From contig JAYWIR010000004.1 of NCBI GenBank assembly GCA_036172245.1, forward strand, positions 2,294,001-2,358,000: a stretch of 64,000 bases of DNA, given 5' to 3'. The notes beneath the pieces are model-generated. The model worked only from the letters and a program-made list of their open reading frames with translations, was not told the origin of the DNA and made no database searches. The DNA is from Raillietiella orientalis. Taxonomy: Eukaryota. Shown here piece after piece: positions 12,689 through 25,420 of this stretch. The position numbers and the translations under genes are program-made. Position 1 is the first letter of the stretch; each line of letters starts with the position of its first letter.

Positions 12689-14199
12689 GTTGTGGTGGGA
12701 GGAATGTGTGTACCTGGAAACACCTGAAAGTGTTTTGGCAGACGGAAACTGAGCAGGGTAAAACCAAGTAGCAACAGTGTCGCGGAAGGGGGTGATGATG
12801 ATGATGATGCCAGCGAAAAGGCCCTGGGCAGAAAGTGCGACTTTTGTCTCAGTCGGCATTCCACTCGGAAACGGAAATTTTTCCTTCTTCTCCTTGAGAA
12901 ACTTCTGCTGCCTACAAGAGGAATGTTTTTTGTTTAGAACTAGTGGACAGCGTTTCTAGCACTGTGAGGGGTGGGGTGGGGGGTATACATGCCCGGGTAT
13001 TCTCAGGTCGTTTTGAAGAGCACCGAATCGTCGAGCCCCGCGGATAACAATCCCGCTCCCGTCCCACGATCCTATTCACGATCCCCCCCCCCCCCCTACT
13101 CCCCTTTTCCCTGCCGGCTGGGTTCACCAACAAGTTGCAATACTTTGAATACGTTATTGGTTTCCGTTTTCGCGTTCTGCCCATTCGAAAATTTCATTGC
13201 CAAGTGGTCACATTTTTATTTTTTTTAAGTGCCTCCGCTCCTTGCGGTGTACATTTGTGGTATTGCAACCTTGAGCGGCAGCACTTATCCCTTTCACCTA
13301 TGCATTATTTCGTATCACCCACCACAGAGTCCGTTCTGCGTAGGAACTGTCGGGTTTCGGTATTGAAACTTTGGTAGGGATTCATTCCCTGCGCCTTTTT
13401 AGGAGTAATGGGGGAAAAAGAACCCGATGAACCCCCTGCACTCTGCTTGGCAAAACCGCGATACAAAAACGTTTCCGAATATCCCCCCCCCCCCCTCATT
13501 GGATTGCACGGCCCACTTTATTTCGTTTCATATACATATCACGAGATGGTTCACGAACATCACGTATGATTAAGCGTCTCCCCCTCCGAAAAAAAAGAAA
13601 GAAAGAAAAGTGTTCTGTGTTTCATCTCCCGGAATTCCAGATTCAGTTTTCCAATCCGGGGGTTATTAGCAGTTGCATTCGAGTTGGTGAGTTTGGCATT
13701 GCGGGTTCGTGTTCCCGTTGTCTTCCTAATGGAATCACAACGCTTGTATACTTGCGTACGTAGACACGTGTGTATACGGAAGCAATAAACCAGTACAGAA
13801 ACAAACCCTCATGTGAGTAAGTGCATGATTTTTGCCATCATTGCTTTTCCCCCATCATTCATGCGAATGGCCTGTCCCGTATTCGCGAGTGGCAGATCCA
13901 CCGACGAAAACTCGTAAGGATCACTGCGTAGTCGCGAGGATCGCAAGTGGGTGGGACCGCAGCGTTCGACACGGGACCTCCCGCTCCCGAAGAACGAGCT
14001 TTTTCATGCCAGTAGCTGAAGGTGAAATTCGTAAAGCTCGCATACGAACGGGAAATCCAGCCGGTGTCAGGCAGCGTGTCTCCCCCTCACATGCTGCCAA
14101 ACTAGCAAGAAGCACCAACCAGATAAATGAAACGAGCCTCCAGCTCGAGCTCGCTGCGTGCAGGCAAGGAAGAGAAATGCGGTCCTCATGAGAGCAACC

Positions 14200-14450
14200 G
14201 AAAGTGGCTTCTCCCCAAAGTTCTGCTTCCCTTTGAAATCGATCGTCACCCTTGGGGGGCTCCCTGCTACCCCGGTGTCTTTGGTGAAATCTTCGAGCGT
14301 TCCCTAGCACACTGGGCAAGCTCCCCAGAAACCAAACTTGTGCGTTACTATCGGCACTTTGCTTCGCTCCTGGCTAGTCTCCCGGTATACCCCTGTAGCA
14401 ACCTGCAACTGGTGAAACACGTGGGTTTGGAGTCGCTCTTTCGTGAAGTC
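14200..14450 (+). mobile_element. Possible highly decayed Ty3/Gypsy reverse-transcriptase fragment
   Basis: KLVRYYRHFASLLASLP resembles the Gypsy RT thumb motif GLVGYYRRF..FA.IA.PL. No other RT motif was recognised. Confidence 0.25.
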
Positions 14451-17400
14451 ACTCCCTCTTCATCTATGGAATTTCACGCTGGGAAATACAGCAGCATTCG
14501 AAAAACCTTCAATCGCACGCCTCGGGGCTCATAAACGCTGTTTACAAATATTTTGGATCGGAGCACTTCCTATCATCTATTGGAGTAATGAGCTGACACC
14601 TATTTATGCTTTGTCTGATTGATGCTCTTGTTTTCTAGATGTTCTTCTGCTTGCAGAGTTTTTCCATATAAGTTTATAGGACACATCCTGTAATATTCAT
14701 TTCATGATTGCTTTAACAATGAAAACACATTGCTTCTGGAAAAAGAATATCATTAATCTTATTTTCCGTGAGTGCCCTCAAAAGCAACTCTGACACATCG
14801 TCAGCGTGTTTTTTTTTTTTTTTCATTTCCTCTATTTCTTAGGCGACATCCATACTTGATATACACCTTTCTGGCTGAATATCGGTAGAAGCATTAGTCG
14901 ACTTTTTTTTTTTTTTTGCTTTCTTCATCATCATGAAATACTATCAATAGCGATTAGCGACCCCGTAGAGAATACAGCGCTGGAATGGTTTACTGTAGGT
15001 TGCTCCTTAGGTTTTGCAAGATTGTCCTTCCAGCCACCGTCTCTCAACTTTCAAAGTAATAAGTAGTTTCCCGGGTTGCATCGTTCGATTGTGCTGTTCC
15101 CTCAAAACACACACCTCACTCTGCAAACCTATCATGAATCTACCGAAAACACGAAGTAATTGGCATTTGCTATTCATTCATCACAGGTGGCTGCTGAAAA
15201 GAAGATGAAAATCAGCATTGCCTCTCGTTAGCCAAATTAATAACGTGTGTAGCTTTTGACTAACGTCTAATTTTCAAATCCACAGCCAGTTGGTGCTGTG
15301 CGTTTTCTCAGAAAAGACTATTCCTGTGGAACATCTCGCGTGTGTACTAACCAGATCATGTACACGCCAGACACATGTGGACGCACACTCTTCAACAAAA
15401 ATTCCTTAGAGTCAAGAAATATTGCAACGACACGAGGGCCTGCTCGTCATAAACAGAAGTTTTGCAATCGTCTCTCTCTGCATCCGGAAGGTGCAAACAA
15501 ACGAATACGTGCACACATTTGTGCGTAAGCGTACGAATGTGTCTACGCGCACACACACATACGCTTACAGATGATTTCATTTCATTGTGGTTGCACAACT
15601 CCGTACCTTGAAATTGTTCGCTGAGGTTCGGATCGTCAGTTTTTGTCATCATTTGAGACTTCCCGCAAGCCAGGTACGATGATGAAACTTCACGAGTGCA
15701 CAGAAGTATCCAGATTCTCATTGGAATTTCGATCGAAGCCAAGACATCCTACATCCAAGACACGAGTTCTGCACGAGGGGAAAAAAAGCAATCGCAAGGT
15801 GTAGTGACGCAGCCATGAAACGGTCCATCGATGTCCCATGGGCGCTCCAAAAATTCATTTAGGGGAGCACTTAGCGACCACAACAGCAGCATTTTTTTGT
15901 AAAACAAGACACGTTGCGGTTTTATTTTCGTCTTAATTTTCTGATTTCATTACTTTTCGCTTTTTAATCCAAGCATCGTTTGTTATGGAATCTGGATTCC
16001 ACTGTCAGTTTAGAAGGGCCGAGAAGTTGTGTAAGCAATGTTGGAAAATGAATACGCTTCGAAGACTCTTCATGACTGACGAAACCATGCGGCTGTCTTG
16101 GTTTCTTCAGTCAGAAAACATTTCGAAAAATAAAAGATGCGAAGAATAGCTTAAATTCTAGTCCCTGGTTAGAAGAGCACTAGAGCTAAGCTTTGTGAGA
16201 TCAATGAATGTTTGTTAGTATGAGCTCAAGATAATACTTATTCACAGTAGTCTTTGCACTGCTCTACAGAGCTGGCCAGATTCCGCGAGGCAACGAATAG
16301 CCATCGCTAGCTACTGCAGTAGTGTCAGCACACAGAAAGAAAAAGACAGGACAAGTAGATAAAAATAGTACAGAGTAATAGAATAAAGCTCTTCCTTCAC
16401 AATCCGTGCGTATCAAAAATCAGCATTATTTTTTTTATTTTTTTTGAACGAAAAGTAGTCGTAAATAGTATCACGGTCCAGGTTGACTGCAGATCATAAT
16501 AGGAGGGTCTCGGGAAGTTCGCATATTGAAAAGAAAACACCAGTATAGTTGTTTACACCTTCGCATCACAGCTAAGAGTTGTACAGCAATAGAAGGTCCA
16601 AAGTTGCACGAACGTTCTTATTCTAATACAAAACTAAGTATCCCGAAAGCGCCGTGAGGCGAATTATCTAGGGTTAAAGGGTCGTTGATTCAGATTCAGA
16701 TGATTTTTAGCTGCTGCTATTTTCAAGCGCGCGAGAATATGGAATTTGCTGCAAAGCACACGCAAGAAATTGAGCGCAAGAGACATGCTATGACATGTAA
16801 ACGGCACAAGAGTTTGCGAGCACAGAAAGAGCGAGTTTCGTGAAAAGAGAAACATCAGTGGACCGTAATAGCCTGTGACGTTGCACACTGGAGTTGCTGC
16901 TCCTCGCATTTGATATTCGTAAGAAGAGGAGTAGCGAAACGAGAAAAAAAAAGAGCAATGGAAGCACGAAAAACATTTCCGGATGCTTTTCGTTTCATCT
17001 TGGAAAATCAGGAATCCGTCATTGACCAGAAATTAAGAAATCGTAAATGTGAATGATTCCATACGAAGAAACGGAACTGTTTCCCATCCACAACCACCGT
17101 AACCAGCAGAGATGCCCATACGAGAGCTGAGTTCAGAGACAACCAATGATGAAGGACTTCTCAGTCTGGCAAAGAATTTTCGAAGGGAGTTGCCTACCAA
17201 CGGGCACAAACCGGAACGTGCGCCTCCAGCCCCATCGCTTCAATGGGCCTATCAGCTGAGCAACGCAGAGTTGCCAACATTGCAGTGGCCTGTAAGGCGG
17301 TTCCCATTCTTTCTTCTTTGCGTTCCTCCCGATACGCTAGAGCTCAAGTGTTGATCTCAGCCTTTTGGATTCAGCAAAAGACACCACGGCACTTTTCTAA

Positions 17401-20400
17401 CGGCAAGTTGGAGACTGAAAAACAGAATCGTCCAGGTTGTCACCGTGATGACAGTTGGGCAGTCCTGTAGGAGAGCTGTTGGAAGAATGTGTTGAGACCC
17501 TGCAAAGGCTGTAGATGTGCCTTCCGCAGTGTCGTGAAATTCATGCTTGCCAGCGGCAAGCCACGAAAGCGTTTGGTAAGCTGGTCGCACTAGGAGAACG
17601 TAAGATGTCGCCATGTGTAGTGAAACGTGGAGATAACCTCCCCAGACCTACTTTTCTCGAATGGAGAACCCTTTGACCGTTTGCCTCGTGATACCGGAGA
17701 AGGAGTCTGACTCCTGGAGTGAACGCCGTCCGCGTTCCATCCTTCCGCTTCCGAAAAGTCTCTTGACGAATTCTCCACGATCCGTCCGGATCCGTGGACC
17801 AGCAGAAAAGGTGTGTCTCCGAGGGATGACTTGGAGAGATCTACATCTGTCCCGATTCGCTCCCGACCGATTCCCCCGCTCGCTCTGAACGCTTCGTTCG
17901 GGTCGATTCAGGATGGGAGAATCCAGCACGGACTTGGCCTGCGCACGAACCCGTCTCTCTTTCCGTGTGTCCCCAAGGGCGTCCCTCGTGACCGTGCTGT
18001 CGCATCATGAACTGCTCCAGGCTGTGACCCGGAAGCCGAAGCAGTGATTCGCTTTTGCCGCGCTTCGGGTCGCAGTCCGGAGGAGGCCGCCTAGGTACTC
18101 GGTTTTTCGCGATCACGCCGCACCGACTGGAAACGGTCCAGGAAGAGTTGGAATGGTGCGAGTCCCCAAGATCCTCCTAAAGATATGTGGATCGTACCCA
18201 GCTCGGCCTCCTTCCTACCACGTTGGTAACCTTCGGCTGCCACTGAGTTGTCCTCGTGGGTTTCTGGGAATTCTCCACCAGTCCGAACAACACCACGGTG
18301 TTTTCCGGCCATCGACATGCAGGGGAGAAGCAGCGTGGGTTGACTCGGGAGAGCAAAGGGGCTCAATTCGTCTGCAGTGACTGAAAGGACGAGGGACCGC
18401 CGGTAGTGGTAGGGAGGGGGGCAAATGACGGAGGATCTTCGAAGCCACCCTTTCCTGGACTCGGTGGTGATGAGCGCGATGAAAGGCGGAGAAAAATTCT
18501 GGAGAATCCGCAAGGGAGGACTCCCAGGAGATTTGCCTGGCGACGGTCCCTCGGCAGACTCCGAGGGAACCCCGCGACGGTTCCCGCGCCGCACGGAAGC
18601 GGAGCGCTGGAAGGGCGTGAGATGCCCGGGAGCACGACGGAAGCTGGGAACGGATGTTCCAGTTGAGAGGAGGAGCTTGCAGGAGGCGGAGGTTGGGGGA
18701 AAGGGAAGACGAACTCGGATCCCACGATATGGGGGAAGAAGCCCTGTCGGACGAGAGAAAATACAGACTGAAGGACGGGCGAAAAGGCAAAAGAAGCGGA
18801 AGGTTCGATCGACGAGAGGTCTCTGGCTGTGACGAGACTCCTCCCCTTCCCCCGCTCCCCCTTTCCGTGTTCGCCGTCCCTATCCCCTTGTTCGATTCGA
18901 GAATATTCGCAACGCTGGAGCGTACCGTCTTCTGCTGAGCCAGAAGTCCCTCAACCATCATCTGCGAGACCTCAAAAGCCACTTGCGGATCCGTTACAGA
19001 CCACGGGAAAAGCAGCAGCCTACGAGCAGCGCATGTGCTGCCTTCGAACTCCCTGAAATTGCAAAGTCCGTCTCCTTTGCTCTCTCCTCAGGAACGAAGG
19101 ATCGCATCCCCAGCACTTCTGGTCAATGCTGCGGCTGGTGAGAAGGTGCGGAGAAGGTACGAGGACCACAACCACACATCAGCTCGGAACGATCCATTCC
19201 TCCCCACTTCCTCAGGATGAATCCAACCTCTATTATGTTTTAACCCCCACTCCCCTTCCGACAGGCAGCGTCCGCCTTTCGAAGTGAAGAAGTCTTCCTT
19301 AAAACGTAGTTCCAGCTGCTCCTCCCAGAGTCTGCTTTCCTCCCCTCCCCCCATCCCCTACGCGAAATCCCAGGGCTTGCGGTTCGTTTCATTTTCCTCT
19401 CGAAAGATCCCTTGGAATGGACGAAGTAGAGAGGAAAGGGAAGATTTTCAAATCCATCTCGGAAAGCAGAAACGGAAAGGAGAAGAACATATGCGGCTGC
19501 AGGTGCGCCTTTCCATCGTCTCAAACGTCGGAGAGTCTGAAAGCTGCACTCCGCATGAAACACGCCATCACCAGGAGGAACCAACTCTCCGTAGGAAGAT
19601 GGACGAACAGCTATGGTTCCATGGTTTTAGAGATGGAGAGTTGCACGATTCTTGCGCGCTTCCGGCTGAGGCCTTTCTGACGTCACACCCTCGGCCCATG
19701 GGTATGGACGAGGTACAGATGGGCACGCTCACGGTTTCTCCACATGTCCACCGTCATTCTCGACTTTCTTTCAAGCGGCTTGCAGTCTTCTGAAAGGAAG
19801 TTGTCCTTCCTTGCCTTTGGTGCCTCCTGAAAGAACGGCAACCGTGTGCACTTTGGCCTTACGGCGCTGTGCTCCACTTGCCCGAGAACAAGTGGAAATC
19901 AAGCGGAGCGAGCGCAGCCTTAAAGATCAACCGAAGAGCAGTTCGAACCGGCGCAGAGAGCAAAGGAGCAGAGGACTCGTGACCTCCCAGGACGCTGCTA
20001 CTCGAGCGAAGCCACAGTCAGGAGATCGCGGACGATGATCACGCACTCCGATCCTGGGAGAAGGCGGGGAAACGGAAATCACGCTGCATCCCGAGTCTGT
20101 GCGCGGGGCTCGAACTGCGCTGGAGTGACTTGAATCGCGGTGGAAACTCGGAATGGGGAACCGAACACGCGTTGGTTTCTCCAGGAAGGCGAGCAATGAC
20201 GCTTCTTGGGAATCGATGATGAGAGGCGGTGCAAGACCGGTGCTGAACATTGGCGTGCAACGTGTCCACGGGAGGAAGGCTCCCTCTCCCGTACTCTCCT
20301 TGGCGCCCAGAATCTTCCTAATCCCTCCCGATGAAACAAGGAAGAGAAGTGACCGCTGCGCACAGGTCACGGAATCCCTGGTTTCGATTCGCTCATACGG

Positions 20401-23400
20401 AAAGAACCCCTTTTTCTTCTCTCTTTCATCTGAATGCGGTCGGCACTTTCTGCTCAGTTTCGCGCGGATGGAGATGGCTGCCGAGAACATTCACGCAAGT
20501 GTGTTGTGCATCCCGAAATCTGAATGCGAGACCGTCGGGAGTTGGGTTCCCTTGGCTTGGCATCAGCTAGCTGCGTTCTGAAGCGACCCTCTTCAAGAGG
20601 CAGGCGAACACACGTGTGCTTCTTGCCGGAGGCGCCGTGAACGCTTCAGTGAAAACAGACCGGTGGCCTTCCTTCAGCCCTGCACTTCCTTCCTAGGAAA
20701 GGGCACTTCAAACCGATGATTTTTCGTCCGCACTCTAATAATGTCCAGCCTCGGAAGCAATCAGGTGAAAAACTCGAAGATTTCGATGCTCTGTCTCTGA
20801 GTGCACACAACTATCTCGATCCCCTCACACCTTCGAGCTCGATTCACAGGGGTGCGGGGGTACCCAGAGGCGTGATGAAGAATGCACTCGAGGGTTTCGC
20901 TAGTGCTCCGTGGTTACCAGGCCACAAAGAATGCCACCTGACTGATGGGGAGATCCCTCAATCTTGAATTGGATAAGGAGGGACGGGAGTGGGATACGAT
21001 GATACACGATAAAAGCTGCCCTGAGAGCGCGAGCGCCTGCCTCCCGGAAAGGTTAGCAAAAATCGCGTTGTCTTGTTCCTAGTTTTGAAGGCTGCCCAAA
21101 TACAGCCTATTATGGATTGACTTTGAAGCACGGGAAGGATGCGTTTATCTCAGAAATATTTCGAAGTGTCAGCATTTTGTTCCAATGGAGGGTTATCAGA
21201 TAATCGGGAAGGGACAAATCGGGAAGAGCTAAAATCGCATAATCGGAGCCTCGTTGCTTCAGTTGGTAGCTCGGGGAGCGCGCATCACAGCTTCATACAC
21301 CATCTCAGTGGTGCATGAAGCAGTGTGAAACTGCAGCATCAAAAATAAAGCAATGCTGGCCCTCATGGCTGAAACGTCCCAGAGGTCCTCTGTTCCGACA
21401 AATTCTGCAAAAGCAGACTTTCAGGCAGGGTCTGATTATGAAGAAGGACTCGCTGATGCAGAAGGATATACTCAAAGAAAAATGTGCCCATATTATAGGC
21501 CGTGAGGCACGACTCGCCAGACTCACCAGCAGTCATGAATCCATTTTGTCCATCTAGTGTTCTGGAGGCCGCGTGGAAAGTCTGTTGTTTGTGCTTGTAA
21601 GAACGATGTTCTTTCCTTCTGGTTCTCCGACATAAAACAGCCTCTTTGCTTGTTGCCGCCTACGGGGACTGAATCCAGCAGCAACACATGTATGTTGTTG
21701 GATAGGGACTCCTGGAGACTGGCAAGAAACAGTACGAAGCAGACAGGTTTCGTTTTCTCGATGCATTCTCGATTCTCTGAGATGATTCGATTTTAGAAGC
21801 TTGAATGGATGCAAAGCGCTTGCGTGACTGTGATCTCTCAAAAAATCTCGCAGCTAAAGATTTCCGAACGTTGACTTTGTTCAAATATCTTTCGAATTCG
21901 ATGCAAAGAGACAGTAGAGATTTTTCGAGACAGAAAGAGCAAGCCTGATGTTCGTTTTCGTCACACATCTGCGGACTAGGAAAGCCCTCTTGCTGTTCGA
22001 AGCTCTATTCGTCGTCACCATCCCCAGCCTCATCGGTGAGTGACGTTCGCGTCCTCTTCTAGGACACTCTAAGAGTGGGTGCCTCACCCACTCTATGAAT
22101 GGAAGAACAGAGCTTTCCTAAACCCCGCAGGCATTTATGCAGGGGCCTAACTGGTCGAACCAAGAGGAAACAGGGCAGTACTGGCTGCATCCTAAAGCTG
22201 GAATTCCTCTCCGCAAACTTGTGGATTGGAGGGTGAAAAATGCTCACAGCAGCGCTTCATATTCGTGCGCAGTATCCACGCATTACGGTACTTTGTGTCT
22301 GGTTCGGTCGCTGTTGCCATTCAGATTTACAAGCGCGAAATAGGGGTGCCTGTATATCTTCATTCATGACTCAAAAATAGGCTTGATTCTCCGAATGTTT
22401 CCCACCCTCGCTCCTTCTCCGCTTGCATCCCTCACAGGAGAGTGATGAAGTTTTCCGTTTTTCTTCCTGCTGCTCTTCTTTAAAATTACCATAAGAACCC
22501 GATATATGCAGTTTCGTTTCGTTTTGTTTTGTTCCGAGGCCATTCGCATCTTCAAAGAAGAAATGCTGAAGTTTTTTTCTAAAGAGAATCGTTCTTAAGC
22601 GAACGCCAAGCCTGTTTCGATCGAGACCTTCTCTTTACTAAGACATGATCAGGCGACCGTTGCCCACCTGAGTGGTAATGAATGGTCTATAGCGAAAAGT
22701 GGATCTGCTTAGATAGATGGACCATTCTATGCACGCGATACATTCCGCTCAACTTTCCTCTTGGATCATGGCATCCTTCGCGAGGTAGACCTCTGTATCC
22801 GAGGACGTCTCGATATCAGCTCTGCGAGTTGCACAAACAGACGATCATCTCGTTGATGTGATTGCCCTGATTTTCTCAGAGTCTCGCGTTTCGTCTTCTC
22901 AAGCTGTGGTTCTAAAGACTTGTGTGTTTGACTTCGTGACCTCGTGTTTGACTTCACGAGCGGCTGACTGCCGATCCGTGCAGGTCAGGACGTTATGGAG
23001 CGGCAACCCGCGATGCCCTGTCACCATTCGTAGGCCAGAGCAAATGTTCATATGTTCACGTATGCCTCGGGGCAGCGTAAAGTGCGTATCTCCCTACCTC
23101 CCGACACTTCGCAGTCCATCTCTTAAGATCATGAGGAATTTGGGATTCAGAATCATTGAGGCAGACGCAGGATCTGTGGCATCTCACATTTTCAGATCTC
23201 CCAGGGAAGCTTTCGGTGGTCGTGTCCTAGTCGAGCTGACGCCCACTACCTTTTGCTCCGCAAACAGCGCTCGACTTCACAAAAAAATAAATAAATAAAT
23301 GAAATCGCGCGTGTTTGTTGACAAGGTGACTTGACCAATCCACCCCACTGTTCCGGTACTCTCAGATAGGCAGAACCCTTGGCAGCTTTGGTCGAGAGGA

Positions 23401-25396
23401 ATTCCGCCTTCTGGTATTCATGAATCCTGCATCTTACCAGAGCAGGTTTCCAGCCGATCTTTGACACATCGCTACTGCATCGGCAACACGATACCCCTGA
23501 CAACAAAAGCTTTCCGCGCATTATCCTCTAATCCTATGTTTTCGCGTGGTTCGTTGCAACCTCCGTCATTGTTCGCGCCATCCAGCGCGATTTATCCAAG
23601 GGCTCCACAAGGCGGCAGATTCGTTTCATACGGCATCAATCGACATTGTGGATTATTCCTATCAGCTGAGAGTCAGCTCCGTGCACTCCGCACTTCAGCA
23701 GGAGTGTTTCCACAAAAGACGCTCCAGACCCACTTATCCACGCGCGCGCACGCACGAAGAAAGCGGACTCTTAGCACCATTTGCCAGTACGGCTGATTCC
23801 CTGAAACCTTGTGAGACGGTTGACCATTGTTCCGGAGGTTTCCAGCAACTGCTTCTCCAGATCACCGAGTCATAATCGTGGGAAAAACGAAAACGATGAA
23901 TGATACAGCAGCAGCGTCCTCCTGAGCACAAGCAAAGCTTTTCGGGAAACTCCGGGTGCCACCACCTGGAACTCCCCGTGCCAGCTTCACAACCCGTTGG
24001 AGCGCTTTGTCAGAGCGGTTTGGTGTTTCCTACTGCCACTGTCTTTCTCGGAAGTTCTTCCAGCCGTGTTGCGGTCCCTAATTGGTGGCCGAAGACTGGC
24101 CGCTTAGGAAATGAGCAGCTGCTGCTTCTGATGTGTTTGTTCTTTTTGTTCCACTGAATTCCAGGCAGACGCAAAGTTCTGAACGGAAGCAGGGAAGAAA
24201 CCAAGATTCGTCATTCGGACGGATCCACTCGCTTGTTGAATGATCCCCGCTTCCTTGTTCTGGTCTGAAATTCTCTCCAGCAAGCACATCGCGTTCTCAT
24301 TCCTTGAATTCCTTCGTTGGCAGGACCCGAGCGCAACAGATTGTTTGTCCTTTACACTTGTTTTTGCTGGCATCCGTCCTCAGACTTCCTGACAAAGTTC
24401 TGGAAAGCCACTCGTCAGCTTTCCGCGTGAGCCGCGCGGACTTGACAACGTGTGAACGACTATCGTTTTCGAGAACAGGGAGCACAGAATCCCGAAATGT
24501 GATCAGTCCCGCGATTGCATAGATAGCGCTACAAGTAGGCGTCACCAATCAAAGATGCAAGTGCGGGTGGAAGAAACGAAACCCGCTCTTGCAACATGCC
24601 AGTCATCTCTGCAACTTGTCCGCAGGCATTGACGGTGCCCAAGCCGTGCGGATTCTTGACGTCCATTGAGAGTCAGGAACAGTTTCCTCCCGATGCCCTC
24701 AGAAGTGACCACACACCGGAAGCGTTGCTATTATTATTTCCCCAGATGGGTAGAGTTGTTCGTGAGACTGCAAAGCCCGGAAGGAAGCGACCTGGGTCCC
24801 CGCAGAAGCTGAATGCCTCGCGAGATTCACTCTGTGATTTCTTTCGTGTGATGCCAAGTCCGCTCATTGCAAACATCTCCAGATTGCATGGCTCGAGATT
24901 TGACACTTGGCTCCTTGATTGGCCTCATTATTTGGCACTCCTCCAGAACGAACGTATGGATGCGTAACTAACGCGTAAAAATCATTTTCTTATTACGCGA
25001 AACTTCTCGAACTGCTTTGAATCCGTAACCGGAGACCATCCCTGCGTGCGCTAGCGGTTGAAGATGAGAATGCACGCGGAGCAATGACGATGAAGAGTGA
25101 AAGGAAAAGGGGGGTGGGGAGGGATCCCAGTCGAAAACAGCAAAGGAAGGAGGAGCTCTGTTTCCAGTGGGGGACTCCCCCGCAATTCTTTGTCACCCCT
25201 TTGTCCGTTGTGCGTTTCGGCTGCCCGCGCGCACGTCAGCGTGGAACGAACACTCGTCGCTTTGCCTTCCAGCCTCGCCAATGCGATGCCAGCCGCATTG
25301 TGGAGCGAGCCGAAAGTCCGAGCGTGGCCGCTTTTGTGCTCGGAACTCAAATTTTCCGGTCCTATTCTCCTTCTTCGCCTTTTTTTTTTTTTTTTC

Positions 25397-25420
25397 CTCT
25401 CTCTCTCGCTCTCTCTCTCT
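25397..25420. repeat. (CT)n microsatellite following a poly-T run
   Basis: ctctctctctcgctctctctctct, preceded by a long T run. Confidence 0.85.

Noticed and set aside
18215..18982. 255-aa minus-strand ORF and overlapping ORFs
   Set aside because: They lie in the second GC peak, are low complexity and have no recognisable motif.
19590..19700. EQLWFHG resembling the start of an SH2 domain
   Set aside because: No FLVRES-type motif and no exon structure follow, so it is probably chance.
21248..21310. tRNA-like 5' end (gcctcgttgcttcagttggtag)
   Set aside because: A-box-like only; there is no T-arm/B-box (GTTCRA) and no acceptor-stem partner.
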